A program made the position numbers and the translations under genes. A DNA stretch of 39,173 bases, taken from NCBI GenBank assembly GCA_002450755.1, contig DKAI01000098.1, positions 1-39,173 on the forward strand, read 5' to 3'. Position 1 is the stretch's first letter, and the number at the start of each line of letters is the position of its first letter. Below are positions 1 to 8,806 of the stretch, one piece after another. This DNA comes from Deltaproteobacteria bacterium UBA6930. Its GTDB lineage: Bacteria; Myxococcota_A; UBA9160; UBA6930. The notes under the pieces were generated by a model, which saw only the letters and a list, made by a program, of their open reading frames with translations, did not search any database and was not told the origin of the DNA.

Positions 1-1185
1 TGTCTCGAATTATTGCACTTCCATATCGGCTCACAGATAACAACAATTCGTGCTCACCGGGATGCTCTGCGCGAAGCAAGTCGAATTTTTGTAGGACTTC
101 ATGAACTCGGTGCGAAACCGAGGATGCTCGATGTAGGTGGTGGACTAGCCGTTGACTACGATGGATCTCAGACAAATTTTCACTCATCCAAAAATTACTC
201 CGCTCAAGAATATGCTAACGATGTCGTATCTGAAATAAAAAACACCTGCGACGAAGAGGGCATCGACCATCCGGATATTGTCACAGAGTCCGGTCGTTGG
301 ATGACGGCCCACCATTCTGTACTCATCTTTGATGTCCTCGGTGTTGATGAAGTTGGAGTGGATCCGCAGCCGGGTATAGCAAACCAAGATGACGCACGGG
401 TTATACAAAACATGTCAGCTATATGGAGAAATATCTCGCGGAAAAATATCCTCGAATCTTACCACGATGCCATTCAACTAAGGGAAGATGCAACTACCTT
501 CTTCTCTCTTGGCCAATTAAGACTGGAAGATCGGGCGCGTGCGGAACGACTTTTCTTTTCATGTGCGAAAAAAATCCAACGCACTGCCCTGGAACTCGAC
601 ACGCTTCCTGAAGAGCTAGAAGAACTAGAGCGCGGCCTCGCCGATATTTACTTCGGAAATCTTTCAATTTTTCAAAGTGCTCCTGATCACTGGGCAGTCA
701 AGCAACTGTTCCCAATCGTCCCAATTCACCGACTAGATGAAAAACCAACCCGTCGCGGCGTGTTTGCAGATCTAACGTGCGATAGCGATGGAAAGATCGA
801 CCAATTCATCGATCAACGTAACGTTAAAGATGTTTTGGAACTGCATAGCTTTCAAAATGAACCATATTTCATAGGGCTCTTTCTTGTAGGGGCATACCAA
901 GAAATCCTTGGTGATCTGCATAACTTATTTGGAGACACTGATGCCGTTCATGTTCGGCTAGGCGTCGATGGGGGGGTTACCATAGAGCATGTAGTCGAAG
1001 GTGACGCAATCAGCGAGGTAATGGCCTACGTTCAGTACGAGCAGATAGCTTTAGTAGAAAAGTTTCGGAAGATTTCCGAAACAGCGCTCAAGAAGGGGAA
1101 CATTACCATCGAAGACTCGGAGCGGTTAAAACGGCACTTCTCAGATGGTTTATCGGACTATACGTATTTGAAGAGAAATCTCTAA
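1..1185 (+). CDS. speA: Biosynthetic arginine decarboxylase, C-terminal 394 aa (5' end lies outside the window)
   Basis: Frame 1 is open from base 1 (CLELLHFHIGSQ...), so the TTG at 13 in the ORF track is probably not the true start. LHFHIGSQ, LDVGGGLAVDYDG and ESGRWMTAHHSVLIFDV are typical of PLP-dependent SpeA. Confidence 0.93.
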   Translation, partial: CLELLHFHIGSQITTIRAHRDALREASRIFVGLHELGAKPRMLDVGGGLAVDYDGSQTNFHSSKNYSAQEYANDVVSEIKNTCDEEGIDHPDIVTESGRWMTAHHSVLIFDVLGVDEVGVDPQPGIANQDDARVIQNMSAIWRNISRKNILESYHDAIQLREDATTFFSLGQLRLEDRARAERLFFSCAKKIQRTALELDTLPEELEELERGLADIYFGNLSIFQSAPDHWAVKQLFPIVPIHRLDEKPTRRGVFADLTCDSDGKIDQFIDQRNVKDVLELHSFQNEPYFIGLFLVGAYQEILGDLHNLFGDTDAVHVRLGVDGGVTIEHVVEGDAISEVMAYVQYEQIALVEKFRKISETALKKGNITIEDSERLKRHFSDGLSDYTYLKRNL

Positions 1186-1188
1186 AAA

Positions 1189-1986
1189 GTGATGGAAACG
1201 ATTCGCATCTACTCCTGGAACGTAAATGGGCTTCGAGCCTGCGAAAAAAAGGGATTCTCCAAGTGGCTTTCCCAATCTGAAGCAGACATCATCGGACTGC
1301 AAGAAGTACGAGCTTTACAAGAACAATTGCCCGGGGAAATAATCGACCCAAAACCATTTTCGAGTCATTTTTCACCAGCAGTTCGCCGTGGATACAGTGG
1401 AGTTGGGATATATACCCGAATACCTCCAAAAACCATCCAAATTGACTTAGGCGAAAAAAGTTTTAATGAAGAGGGGCGTATCCAAATTGTTCAATTCGGT
1501 AGACTCATCATCGCAAATGTTTACTTCCCGAATGGGAATGGCAAGAACCGAGACAACAGCAGAGTTCCTTTCAAGCTCGCTTTTTACAGAAGAGTATTTG
1601 AGCACGCCGAGGCTGCCCGAAAGGCAGGAAACAGAGTCCTTGTCATGGGTGACTTCAATACCGCTCACACCGAGATTGATCTTGCCAGGCCAAAACAAAA
1701 TCGAAAAACAAGCGGATTTCTAAATGAAGAACGCCTAGAGCTAGACCATTGGATGGCTTCCGGATGGATCGATACTTTCCGTGTGAACGAGAAAGAAGGC
1801 GGGCATTACACATGGTGGAGCCAACGTGCAGGCGCTCGAGAAAAAAACGTAGGATGGCGAATCGACTACATACTTGCCTGCCCAGAGGCCATGAAATTCT
1901 TTCAGGGCGCTTTCATAAAACCTGACGTGAGAGGTTCCGATCATTGTCCCATCGGAGTTGACATGAATCGCATGATCCTTGAGTAG
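1189..1986 (+). CDS. xthA: Exodeoxyribonuclease III (AP endonuclease)
   Basis: IYSWNVNGLRA near the N-terminus, LQEVR, MGDFNTAH and C-terminal SDHCPI match the ExoIII/EEP fold. GTG at 1189 or ATG at 1192 is the start, 3-6 nt after the speA stop. Confidence 0.93.
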   Translation: MMETIRIYSWNVNGLRACEKKGFSKWLSQSEADIIGLQEVRALQEQLPGEIIDPKPFSSHFSPAVRRGYSGVGIYTRIPPKTIQIDLGEKSFNEEGRIQIVQFGRLIIANVYFPNGNGKNRDNSRVPFKLAFYRRVFEHAEAARKAGNRVLVMGDFNTAHTEIDLARPKQNRKTSGFLNEERLELDHWMASGWIDTFRVNEKEGGHYTWWSQRAGAREKNVGWRIDYILACPEAMKFFQGAFIKPDVRGSDHCPIGVDMNRMILE

Positions 1987-2000
1987 CGACCAGGACAAGT

Positions 2001-4163
2001 TTATATTTTGTCTCGATATTCAGCATATTCGCAGAGCACGCGCAAACAATCGATAGCTCGGTGCGCACTCGAATAACACAAGAACCCTGTATCTCGAACT
2101 CCCTTTGGACCTGCATTCCCATATTCGCGATCGGTATGAACCAGCTCGCTCGCTGTCAGAACAGGCTTCTGGTACCGTTTTGCAGCATCACTTGCGGCTT
2201 CAGCGTAGCGACGATCCTGACGTGTATGAAACTCCACAATGCGATCCAGGCCGTATTCGGGAAAAAACTCTCCTGATGAAAACGCATTTGCCTGACCAGA
2301 CTGAATACCTATTCCAAGGTAAATCACCGCATCGATTCCAGGATGACCACAGACCAAGTCCATTACTTCCGAAATCGTATCTCGAGTTTCGCCGCCTGCG
2401 AGATCGATTGGATTAGCCTGGCTCCACCGAGGAGGAACAAGCTTAGATATATCCGTCTTAAGATCTTGCGGAAGCTGAATTAAGTCGAGGTTTGCCCTTG
2501 TGCATGCATCCGCAGCCAGCACACCCCAACCACCAGCAGTGGTAAAAATCACCGTGCGTCTGCCTTTGGGAAGTGGCTGGGTTGCAAAAGTAGCCGCATA
2601 CTCGAAGGCGAATTCGACTGTTTGCGCACGAACGATACCCAGCTGTCTACAAATGCCGTCAAAAATACGATCGTCGCTCGCAAGTGAACCAGTGTGGCTT
2701 GCCGCCGCACGTGCACCAGCCGCTTCGGCCCCACCCTTCAAAAGAACGAGTGGCTTTTTCGAGGTCATTCTCTCGGCTGCCTTAAACAGACTTGCTCCGT
2801 CGCCGACCCCCTCTAGATAAGTGAGGCCCACAGAAGTCTCGGGATCATCCGCGAAATATTCGAGGTAGTCGGGCAGAGCGAGTTGTGCAGAATTTCCAGC
2901 TGCAATCGCTTTGGAAACTCCCACTCCAGTGGAAACGGAATAGTTCAAATAACTGGAAACCAAATTTCCACTCTGACTGGCAACCGAAATGCTTCCCTCA
3001 GGCGGATACGGAGCCACTATTTGGGCACACATAGTCACCGGAGTTGATATTACGCCTTGACCATTGGGACCTGCTACGACCATTCCCAGGCCCTCAGCAG
3101 TCTTAACTAACTCGTCCTGCCTACGACGACCTTCCAGACCAGTCTCCGCGTAACCACCGCTCGCGACAAAGGCAGCTTTTACTCCACGCGCAGCACTGGC
3201 CCGAAGGAGTTCAACATTAGATTCATTGGGAGTACAAACAAAAATCAGATCGGCAGCTCCGCTAGGAACTTGAGAGACACTTGTAAGAGTAGGCGTCCCT
3301 AATACCTCGGCCCCGTCCCGATTAATGGCATACAAGTTCCCTGAATAACCAAACCGTCGAAGATTGTGGTAGGCAACAAAGCCAAATTTTCCCGGATGGG
3401 AAGATACTCCAGCAACGATGATGCCCCTTGGATGGAATAGTGGTCTGAGTCTGTCCACCGTCTTGCTATCAGGCCTTTCATTGACCTCAACGTCGTTATC
3501 GGGTTCTGTATCTCCCTGCTCCACAAGAGCATCAACTGCGATGGGCTGGTCACCATTAATTATTAAAGGATTGAGGTCAACGGAAATTATTTCAGGGTGG
3601 TCGAATGCAAGTCTTGAAAGGCCTAGAAGAACGTTCGCTAGCGCAGTGCGATCAACAGCAGGCTCTCCCCTAAACGAAGAGGTCACAATGTGTGATGCCT
3701 TCAGACCGTCCACAAGAGTCAAGGCCTGAGTTTTCTTCAACGGCAGGCGAGCAAATACCGCATCGCCAATCGCCTCGGTAAGAATACCACCCAAGCCGAG
3801 CATTACACACGGACCGAAATTAGGATCGCGTACAATTCCTGCTATTAATTCTCGTCTACCTTCGACCATCTGGGCAACAAGTACACTCACATCCCCATCA
3901 TCTTTTGTTGCTTTAGAGAGGAGATCTCGTGCGGCTACTTGAACTTCTTCAGGACCCTTTAGATGAAGCCTTACGAGACTTCTCTCAGTCTTATGAGCTA
4001 TCCCTTCGCCACAAAGTTTGAGAACCACGGGGTATCCAATTTTATTCGCTTCTTCGACGGCTTCAACCGGCGTACTCGCGAGCGATTCCTTTGGAACTGC
4101 TACACCATATTCCGCGATTAGCTCTTTCGACAAGAACTCTGAAAGTGTCCGAGTTGATCTCAT
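2001..4163 (-). CDS. NDP-forming acyl-CoA (acetyl-CoA) synthetase, single-chain, ATP-grasp module N-terminal
   Basis: N-terminal ATP-grasp block (GYPVVLKLCGEGIAHKTERSLV). It is followed by a CoA-binding block (PRGIIVAGVSSHPGKFG), a succinyl-CoA-ligase-like block with the phosphohistidine motif (ASHTGSLA), and a ligase-CoA-like C-terminal domain. Confidence 0.88.
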   Translation of the reverse strand: MRSTRTLSEFLSKELIAEYGVAVPKESLASTPVEAVEEANKIGYPVVLKLCGEGIAHKTERSLVRLHLKGPEEVQVAARDLLSKATKDDGDVSVLVAQMVEGRRELIAGIVRDPNFGPCVMLGLGGILTEAIGDAVFARLPLKKTQALTLVDGLKASHIVTSSFRGEPAVDRTALANVLLGLSRLAFDHPEIISVDLNPLIINGDQPIAVDALVEQGDTEPDNDVEVNERPDSKTVDRLRPLFHPRGIIVAGVSSHPGKFGFVAYHNLRRFGYSGNLYAINRDGAEVLGTPTLTSVSQVPSGAADLIFVCTPNESNVELLRASAARGVKAAFVASGGYAETGLEGRRRQDELVKTAEGLGMVVAGPNGQGVISTPVTMCAQIVAPYPPEGSISVASQSGNLVSSYLNYSVSTGVGVSKAIAAGNSAQLALPDYLEYFADDPETSVGLTYLEGVGDGASLFKAAERMTSKKPLVLLKGGAEAAGARAAASHTGSLASDDRIFDGICRQLGIVRAQTVEFAFEYAATFATQPLPKGRRTVIFTTAGGWGVLAADACTRANLDLIQLPQDLKTDISKLVPPRWSQANPIDLAGGETRDTISEVMDLVCGHPGIDAVIYLGIGIQSGQANAFSSGEFFPEYGLDRIVEFHTRQDRRYAEAASDAAKRYQKPVLTASELVHTDREYGNAGPKGVRDTGFLCYSSAHRAIDCLRVLCEYAEYRDKI

Positions 4164-4197
4164 AAAGTCTTTACGTTACCAGCTAGGTGAACTTTAT

Positions 4198-5385
4198 TTA
4201 GCAAGCCTCAAACAGTCCCGCTGCGCCCATACCTCCACCAACACACATTGTTACGATGCCATATCGGCCTCCTGTACGACGTAGTTGTCGAAGAAGTTGG
4301 CCGACCATCCGGGAGCCTGTCATTCCGTATGGATGACCGATCGAGATCGAGCCCCCTAGCGGATTTAATTTCTCGTCAGGTATATTTAATTCCCGTTGGC
4401 AGTAAAGAACTTGAGAAGCAAAAGCCTCATTCAGTTCGACTATATCAATGTCATCCATCGTCAGACCTGCTCGATCCAGGAGTTTCGGAACAGCATATAC
4501 AGGCCCAATCCCCATCTCGTCTGGGTTACATCCAGCCACCTGAAGGCCTCTAAAAACTCCCATGGGATCGATGCCCAGTGCATCCGCGCGGTCAGAAGAC
4601 ATGACCACGGTTGCCGAAGCACCATCGGAGAATTGAGAGGCATTCCCTGCAGTAACCGAGCCATCGTCCTTGAAGGCCGGTTTCAAATTCTGCAAATTCT
4701 CAATGGTCGTACCCGGCCGGTTGCACTCATCTTGTTCGCACAAATGTCCTTCTTCGGCCTGGTAACTACCATCGTCCTGCTTTACACCTCGAGTGACCGT
4801 AATTGGAGAAATACACTCGGCGAGCACTCCCTCCTCCTGTGCTTTAGCAGTAAGCTCCTGAGACCTCACCCCGTATTGATCCTGATCTTCACGACTGATT
4901 CCGTACCGGTCTGCCACTACTTCTGCCGTCATGCCCATACCCATATAAATTCCGGGCCACATTTCCGAAACGCGTTTGTTGGGAATGTCCTTAGTGCGCA
5001 TCTTGTCATTTTGCACCAAACTAATTGATTCTGTTCCGCCCCCCAAGGTTACGTTACAGCCATCCACGATTACGCGATGTGCTGCCATAGCAACAGCCTG
5101 CAGCCCTGACGAACAAAAGCGGTTAACTGTCGTAGCTGCAACTGAAGCATCTAAGCCTGCTCCAAGGGCAGCAACTCTCGCCACATTGGAACCCGCAGGG
5201 CCCTCCGGAAGGGCGCAGCCCATAATCACGTCCTCGATTTCATCTTTGTCCAAATCTGGGACCTGGTCGAGTGCGGACACAATGGCATGTGAAGCGAGGT
5301 CATCCGGCCGTGTCATGTTATATGAGCCTCTATAGGACTTTGCTAAAGGGGTTCGAGCGTTAGCTACTATGACTGCTTCTCTCAT
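4198..5385 (-). CDS. Acetyl-CoA acetyltransferase / 3-ketoacyl-CoA thiolase
   Basis: Thiolase signatures are present: [11 protein letters not shown] (nucleophilic Cys), [10 protein letters not shown] and [10 protein letters not shown] near the C-terminus. GGAG lies upstream of the ATG. Confidence 0.94.
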   Translation of the reverse strand: MREAVIVANARTPLAKSYRGSYNMTRPDDLASHAIVSALDQVPDLDKDEIEDVIMGCALPEGPAGSNVARVAALGAGLDASVAATTVNRFCSSGLQAVAMAAHRVIVDGCNVTLGGGTESISLVQNDKMRTKDIPNKRVSEMWPGIYMGMGMTAEVVADRYGISREDQDQYGVRSQELTAKAQEEGVLAECISPITVTRGVKQDDGSYQAEEGHLCEQDECNRPGTTIENLQNLKPAFKDDGSVTAGNASQFSDGASATVVMSSDRADALGIDPMGVFRGLQVAGCNPDEMGIGPVYAVPKLLDRAGLTMDDIDIVELNEAFASQVLYCQRELNIPDEKLNPLGGSISIGHPYGMTGSRMVGQLLRQLRRTGGRYGIVTMCVGGGMGAAGLFEAC

Positions 5386-5544
5386 TGTGTCTCCAACTAG
5401 TTGAGGGTCTTTTCAGTGATGTCTAGGAAGCTTATCCTAGCCCGTAACGTACATCTCGACCGCCTAATGAACTCTTTCAGAGAATTTTTAGCTGGCAAAT
5501 TCACCGATTTGAGAAAAAGTCCCTAAATCGGCGAGGGGGAAAGC

Positions 5545-7023
5545 TTGAAACCCGATCCGGACCCAAAGGGGATTTTTGCCGAACTAGATCTTTTCTTCGA
5601 TCAATGGGTCGTAAACCCCATCGAGTCCACTTTCTTCTGGGATATCTATTTTTGGGACAATCATCATCCCGAAGACTTAAAGATTCCTCTACTAATACTA
5701 TGGCTCGCACTGGGATCAATCTTTTTCACCTTTCGGTTTGGTCTGATTAATATTCGCTGCTTCGGACATGCAATCTTGTGCCTTAGGGGGAAATTTACAT
5801 CTCCGAATGAAAAAGGGGAGATAAGTCATGCACAGGCACTATCTGCGGCTCTTTCCGCGACCGTTGGCCTGGGAAACATTGCAGGAGTAGCTTTTGCCGT
5901 ACACATGGGAGGGCCAGGAGCAATCCTTTGGATGATCCTCGCTGGCTTTTTAGGTATGAGTGCCAAATTTGCGGAATGTGCGCTCGGGCAAAAGTACCGC
6001 ATTACCAGAGAAGACGGCCACCTGTCAGGCGGCCCTATGCACTATCTCGCAGAGGGCTTGTCCGAACTCGGCCTAGCTCGACTTGGAAAAGTATTGGCGA
6101 CCATTTTTTCAATCCTCTGCGTGGGCGCCAGCCTCGGAGGGGGAAACATGTTTCAGGCAAATCAAGCTTATGCCCAAGTTTCGGGTGCAATACCTTTCCT
6201 GAGCGGCAATATCGGCTCTGCCCTTTTCGGCTTATTACTCTCTTTTGCAGTCGGCTTGGTCATAATTGGAGGGATAAAGCGAATCGGAGAAGTAGCCGGA
6301 ATCTTAGTCCCTTTTATGTGCGGGATTTACTTTCTCGCTGGAGCGATTGTACTTCTAGCGAATTCAAGTGAGATTCAAAAGGCTCTCGAAATCATATTGC
6401 GGAGTGCACTTGGACCCGAGGCGGCCGCTTGGGGCGGTGGTACTGCGGTGTTAATTCAAGGGTTTAGGCGCGCCGCCTTTTCGAACGAAGCCGGGGTTGG
6501 CTCCGCGCCAATTGCTCATTCTGCCGCCACCACGAACGAACCAATAAGGGAAGGCCTAGTCGCCCTTCTTGAGCCCTTCATTGACACAGTAATTATTTGC
6601 ACGATGACGGGACTCGTAATCGTCGTAACCGGCGCCTATCTACAAGAAGATCTTAGCGGGGGAATTCTAATGACATCCTGGGCATTTAATACTGTTATTC
6701 CAGGGTTTGATATAGTCCTCTCCGTAACTGCTGTCCTTTTTGCCTACAGTACGATGATATCTTGGAGCTATTACGGAGAGCAGTGTTGGGCGAACCTCCT
6801 GGGGAGCTCGACCATCCGAATCTACAAGGTACTTTTTCTACTTTGTGTTTTGCTCGGTTCTGTTATTAGTGCGCGCGCAGTACTTGACTTTGGGGACCTG
6901 ATGCTTTTAGGAATGGCTTTCCCCAATATAATCGGCGTTTGTCTGCTTTCCGGAAAGGTCAAAAAAGACCTCGACGCCTACCTTTACCGATTTAAAAACG
7001 GTGATTTTGTTTCCAAGACCTGA
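5545..7023 (+). CDS. Alanine/glycine:cation symporter (AGCS family amino-acid carrier)
   Basis: Polytopic membrane protein with SHAQALSAALSATVGLGNIAGVA and FSNEAGVGSAPIAHSAA, both typical of AGCS carriers. TTG start is preceded by GAGGGGGA. Confidence 0.9.
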   Translation: MKPDPDPKGIFAELDLFFDQWVVNPIESTFFWDIYFWDNHHPEDLKIPLLILWLALGSIFFTFRFGLINIRCFGHAILCLRGKFTSPNEKGEISHAQALSAALSATVGLGNIAGVAFAVHMGGPGAILWMILAGFLGMSAKFAECALGQKYRITREDGHLSGGPMHYLAEGLSELGLARLGKVLATIFSILCVGASLGGGNMFQANQAYAQVSGAIPFLSGNIGSALFGLLLSFAVGLVIIGGIKRIGEVAGILVPFMCGIYFLAGAIVLLANSSEIQKALEIILRSALGPEAAAWGGGTAVLIQGFRRAAFSNEAGVGSAPIAHSAATTNEPIREGLVALLEPFIDTVIICTMTGLVIVVTGAYLQEDLSGGILMTSWAFNTVIPGFDIVLSVTAVLFAYSTMISWSYYGEQCWANLLGSSTIRIYKVLFLLCVLLGSVISARAVLDFGDLMLLGMAFPNIIGVCLLSGKVKKDLDAYLYRFKNGDFVSKT

Positions 7024-7105
7024 AATACATTTATTCCGGATTACTAAATTCACTCCTGCCTCAAGCTCATCTCTCTTTCACGCAAGACTTTGATAGTATA
7101 TCCAC

Positions 7106-8728
7106 GTGCAAAAAAGAAAATTCTGGGGCTGGGGAATCGAAGGTGGCGGGCCATCTCAGGAGGATATTGACCAGTCAATATCCTCGGTAGAAAAGCGCCT
7201 CGGTACATCTCTGCCTCGAACCGCGGAACCTCCGAAGGAAAATGAATTAAATCTCCCATCGATCCGAATAAAAGTTCCGGCGACTCTCTCTGCCATCTGT
7301 AGAAATTCTCCCTGGGAACGTGCGGCGCACCACTATGGCGCAAGCTATAGGGATGTAGTTAGGGCATTTAGGCGGGAGTTTCCGAAACCGCCTGACTGGG
7401 TTGCATATCCTCAAAGCGAAGGGGATGTGAGCTCTATTTTAGATTGGTGTGGCGATAATAAAGTCGCGGCAATACCTTTCGGAGGAGGCTCGAGCGTGGT
7501 CGGAGGAGTTGAAATGCCCTCCTTAGACTCGGGAAACTACGAAGGCGCAATAAGTATCGACCTTTCGAACCTCCGAAAGGTTATGGAAATAGACAAAACA
7601 TCTCGCGCTGCTCGTATTCAGGCAGGCATTCTTGGTCCGGATTTGGAAAACCAACTAAGGCCTCATGGGCTAACACTGCGACATTTCCCACAATCATTCG
7701 AATTTTCTAGCCTTGGTGGATGGATAGCCACACGTTCAGGAGGACACTTTGCCACGGTTTACACCCACATTGAGGATCTCGTTGAGTCAATCAGAGCCGT
7801 AACCCCTTCTGGAATCTTAGAAAGCAGGCGGCTTCCAGGGTCTGGCGCTGGGCCGAGTCCTGATCGAATGCTTGCCGGTTCCGAGGGGATTCTCGGAATA
7901 ATCACGGAAGCGTGGATGCGCCTTCAAGACCGACCAAAATTTAGAGCTTCTGCAGCAGTTCTATTTCCCGAACCTAATGGATTCCTCAAAGGTGCAGAAG
8001 CCGTTAGAGAAGTTTCACAAAGCATGCTTTTCCCAACCAACTGCCGCATTTTGGACAAAACAGAAGCCTTTAACAATGGCGTCGGGAATGGAGATTCCGC
8101 CGTCTTGATTCTAGGCTTCGAATCTGCAGATCATCCCACCGATAAAATTTTAGAACGAGGAATCGAAATCTGCCGTGGCGCAGGAGGAACAATCCCTGAC
8201 AACCAGATAAACTCGCAATCCGGCGAGAGCTCATCGGTTAATCGAGAGGGTGCGGCTGGAGCTTGGAGAAAAGCGTTTATCGAAATGCCTTACATTCGAG
8301 ATGCTTTGGTGGGTCATTCGGTAGTCGTAGACACTTTTGAAACGTGTATCACGTGGGACAAATTTCCTTCTTTTCACAAGAATGTTACCGCTGCTGTAGA
8401 GAAGGCTCTTCAAGAAATTTGTGGATCGGGATCGGTCTCGTGTCGCTTTACACATGTTTACCCGGACGGACCTGCTCCCTATTATTCGATCACCGCTCCG
8501 GGTATTTTTGGTTCAGAACTCGAGCAGTGGGATGAAATCAAAGCTGCCGCCGCCGATATCGTGATCAGCGAAGGTGGCACTATCACTCACCACCATGCAG
8601 TTGGAAGGGATCACCGACCCTGGTACGACCAACAGCGCCCTGATATCTTTGCAGATGCGCTTAGGGCGGCTAAACAAAACATTGATCCTGGGGCAATCTT
8701 AAATCCAGGCGTACTCTTAGACCCGTAG
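7106..8728 (+). CDS. FAD-linked oxidase, alkylglycerone-phosphate synthase (AGPS)-like
   Basis: N-terminal KRKFWGWG, PCMH-type FAD-binding block (PFGGGSSVVGG) and C-terminal THHHAVGRDH (HHH loop) resemble AGPS homologues. GTG start. Confidence 0.78.
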   Translation: MQKRKFWGWGIEGGGPSQEDIDQSISSVEKRLGTSLPRTAEPPKENELNLPSIRIKVPATLSAICRNSPWERAAHHYGASYRDVVRAFRREFPKPPDWVAYPQSEGDVSSILDWCGDNKVAAIPFGGGSSVVGGVEMPSLDSGNYEGAISIDLSNLRKVMEIDKTSRAARIQAGILGPDLENQLRPHGLTLRHFPQSFEFSSLGGWIATRSGGHFATVYTHIEDLVESIRAVTPSGILESRRLPGSGAGPSPDRMLAGSEGILGIITEAWMRLQDRPKFRASAAVLFPEPNGFLKGAEAVREVSQSMLFPTNCRILDKTEAFNNGVGNGDSAVLILGFESADHPTDKILERGIEICRGAGGTIPDNQINSQSGESSSVNREGAAGAWRKAFIEMPYIRDALVGHSVVVDTFETCITWDKFPSFHKNVTAAVEKALQEICGSGSVSCRFTHVYPDGPAPYYSITAPGIFGSELEQWDEIKAAAADIVISEGGTITHHHAVGRDHRPWYDQQRPDIFADALRAAKQNIDPGAILNPGVLLDP

Positions 8729-8806
8729 TAATCTTTTCCGATGCTCGCGCTGTAAAACCTTAACCGCGGAACTACAAAGAAAGAATGCCCGCGCTATGGT
8801 CGGGAT

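Noticed and set aside
4396-5028. 210-aa plus-strand ORF, along with other long ORFs in the track such as 2500-2820, 5928-6371, 13332-13763, 22879-23295 and 12043-12405.
   Set aside because: All lie antisense to, or out of frame within, genes with strong family signatures. Their products are low-complexity, Arg/Ser/Pro-rich and carry no recognisable motifs. They are shadow ORFs.
5470-5544. Possible glycine riboswitch in front of the alanine/glycine symporter gene.
   Set aside because: The space is too short, since the 159-nt region is shared with a divergent promoter. I could not find the conserved glycine-aptamer core elements, only a simple 7-bp hairpin.
7050-7343. 97-aa minus-strand ORF spanning the AGCS/AGPS intergenic region and the AGPS 5' end.
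   Set aside because: It overlaps the well-supported AGPS-like N-terminus (KRKFWGWG), has no motif or RBS, and is most likely spurious.
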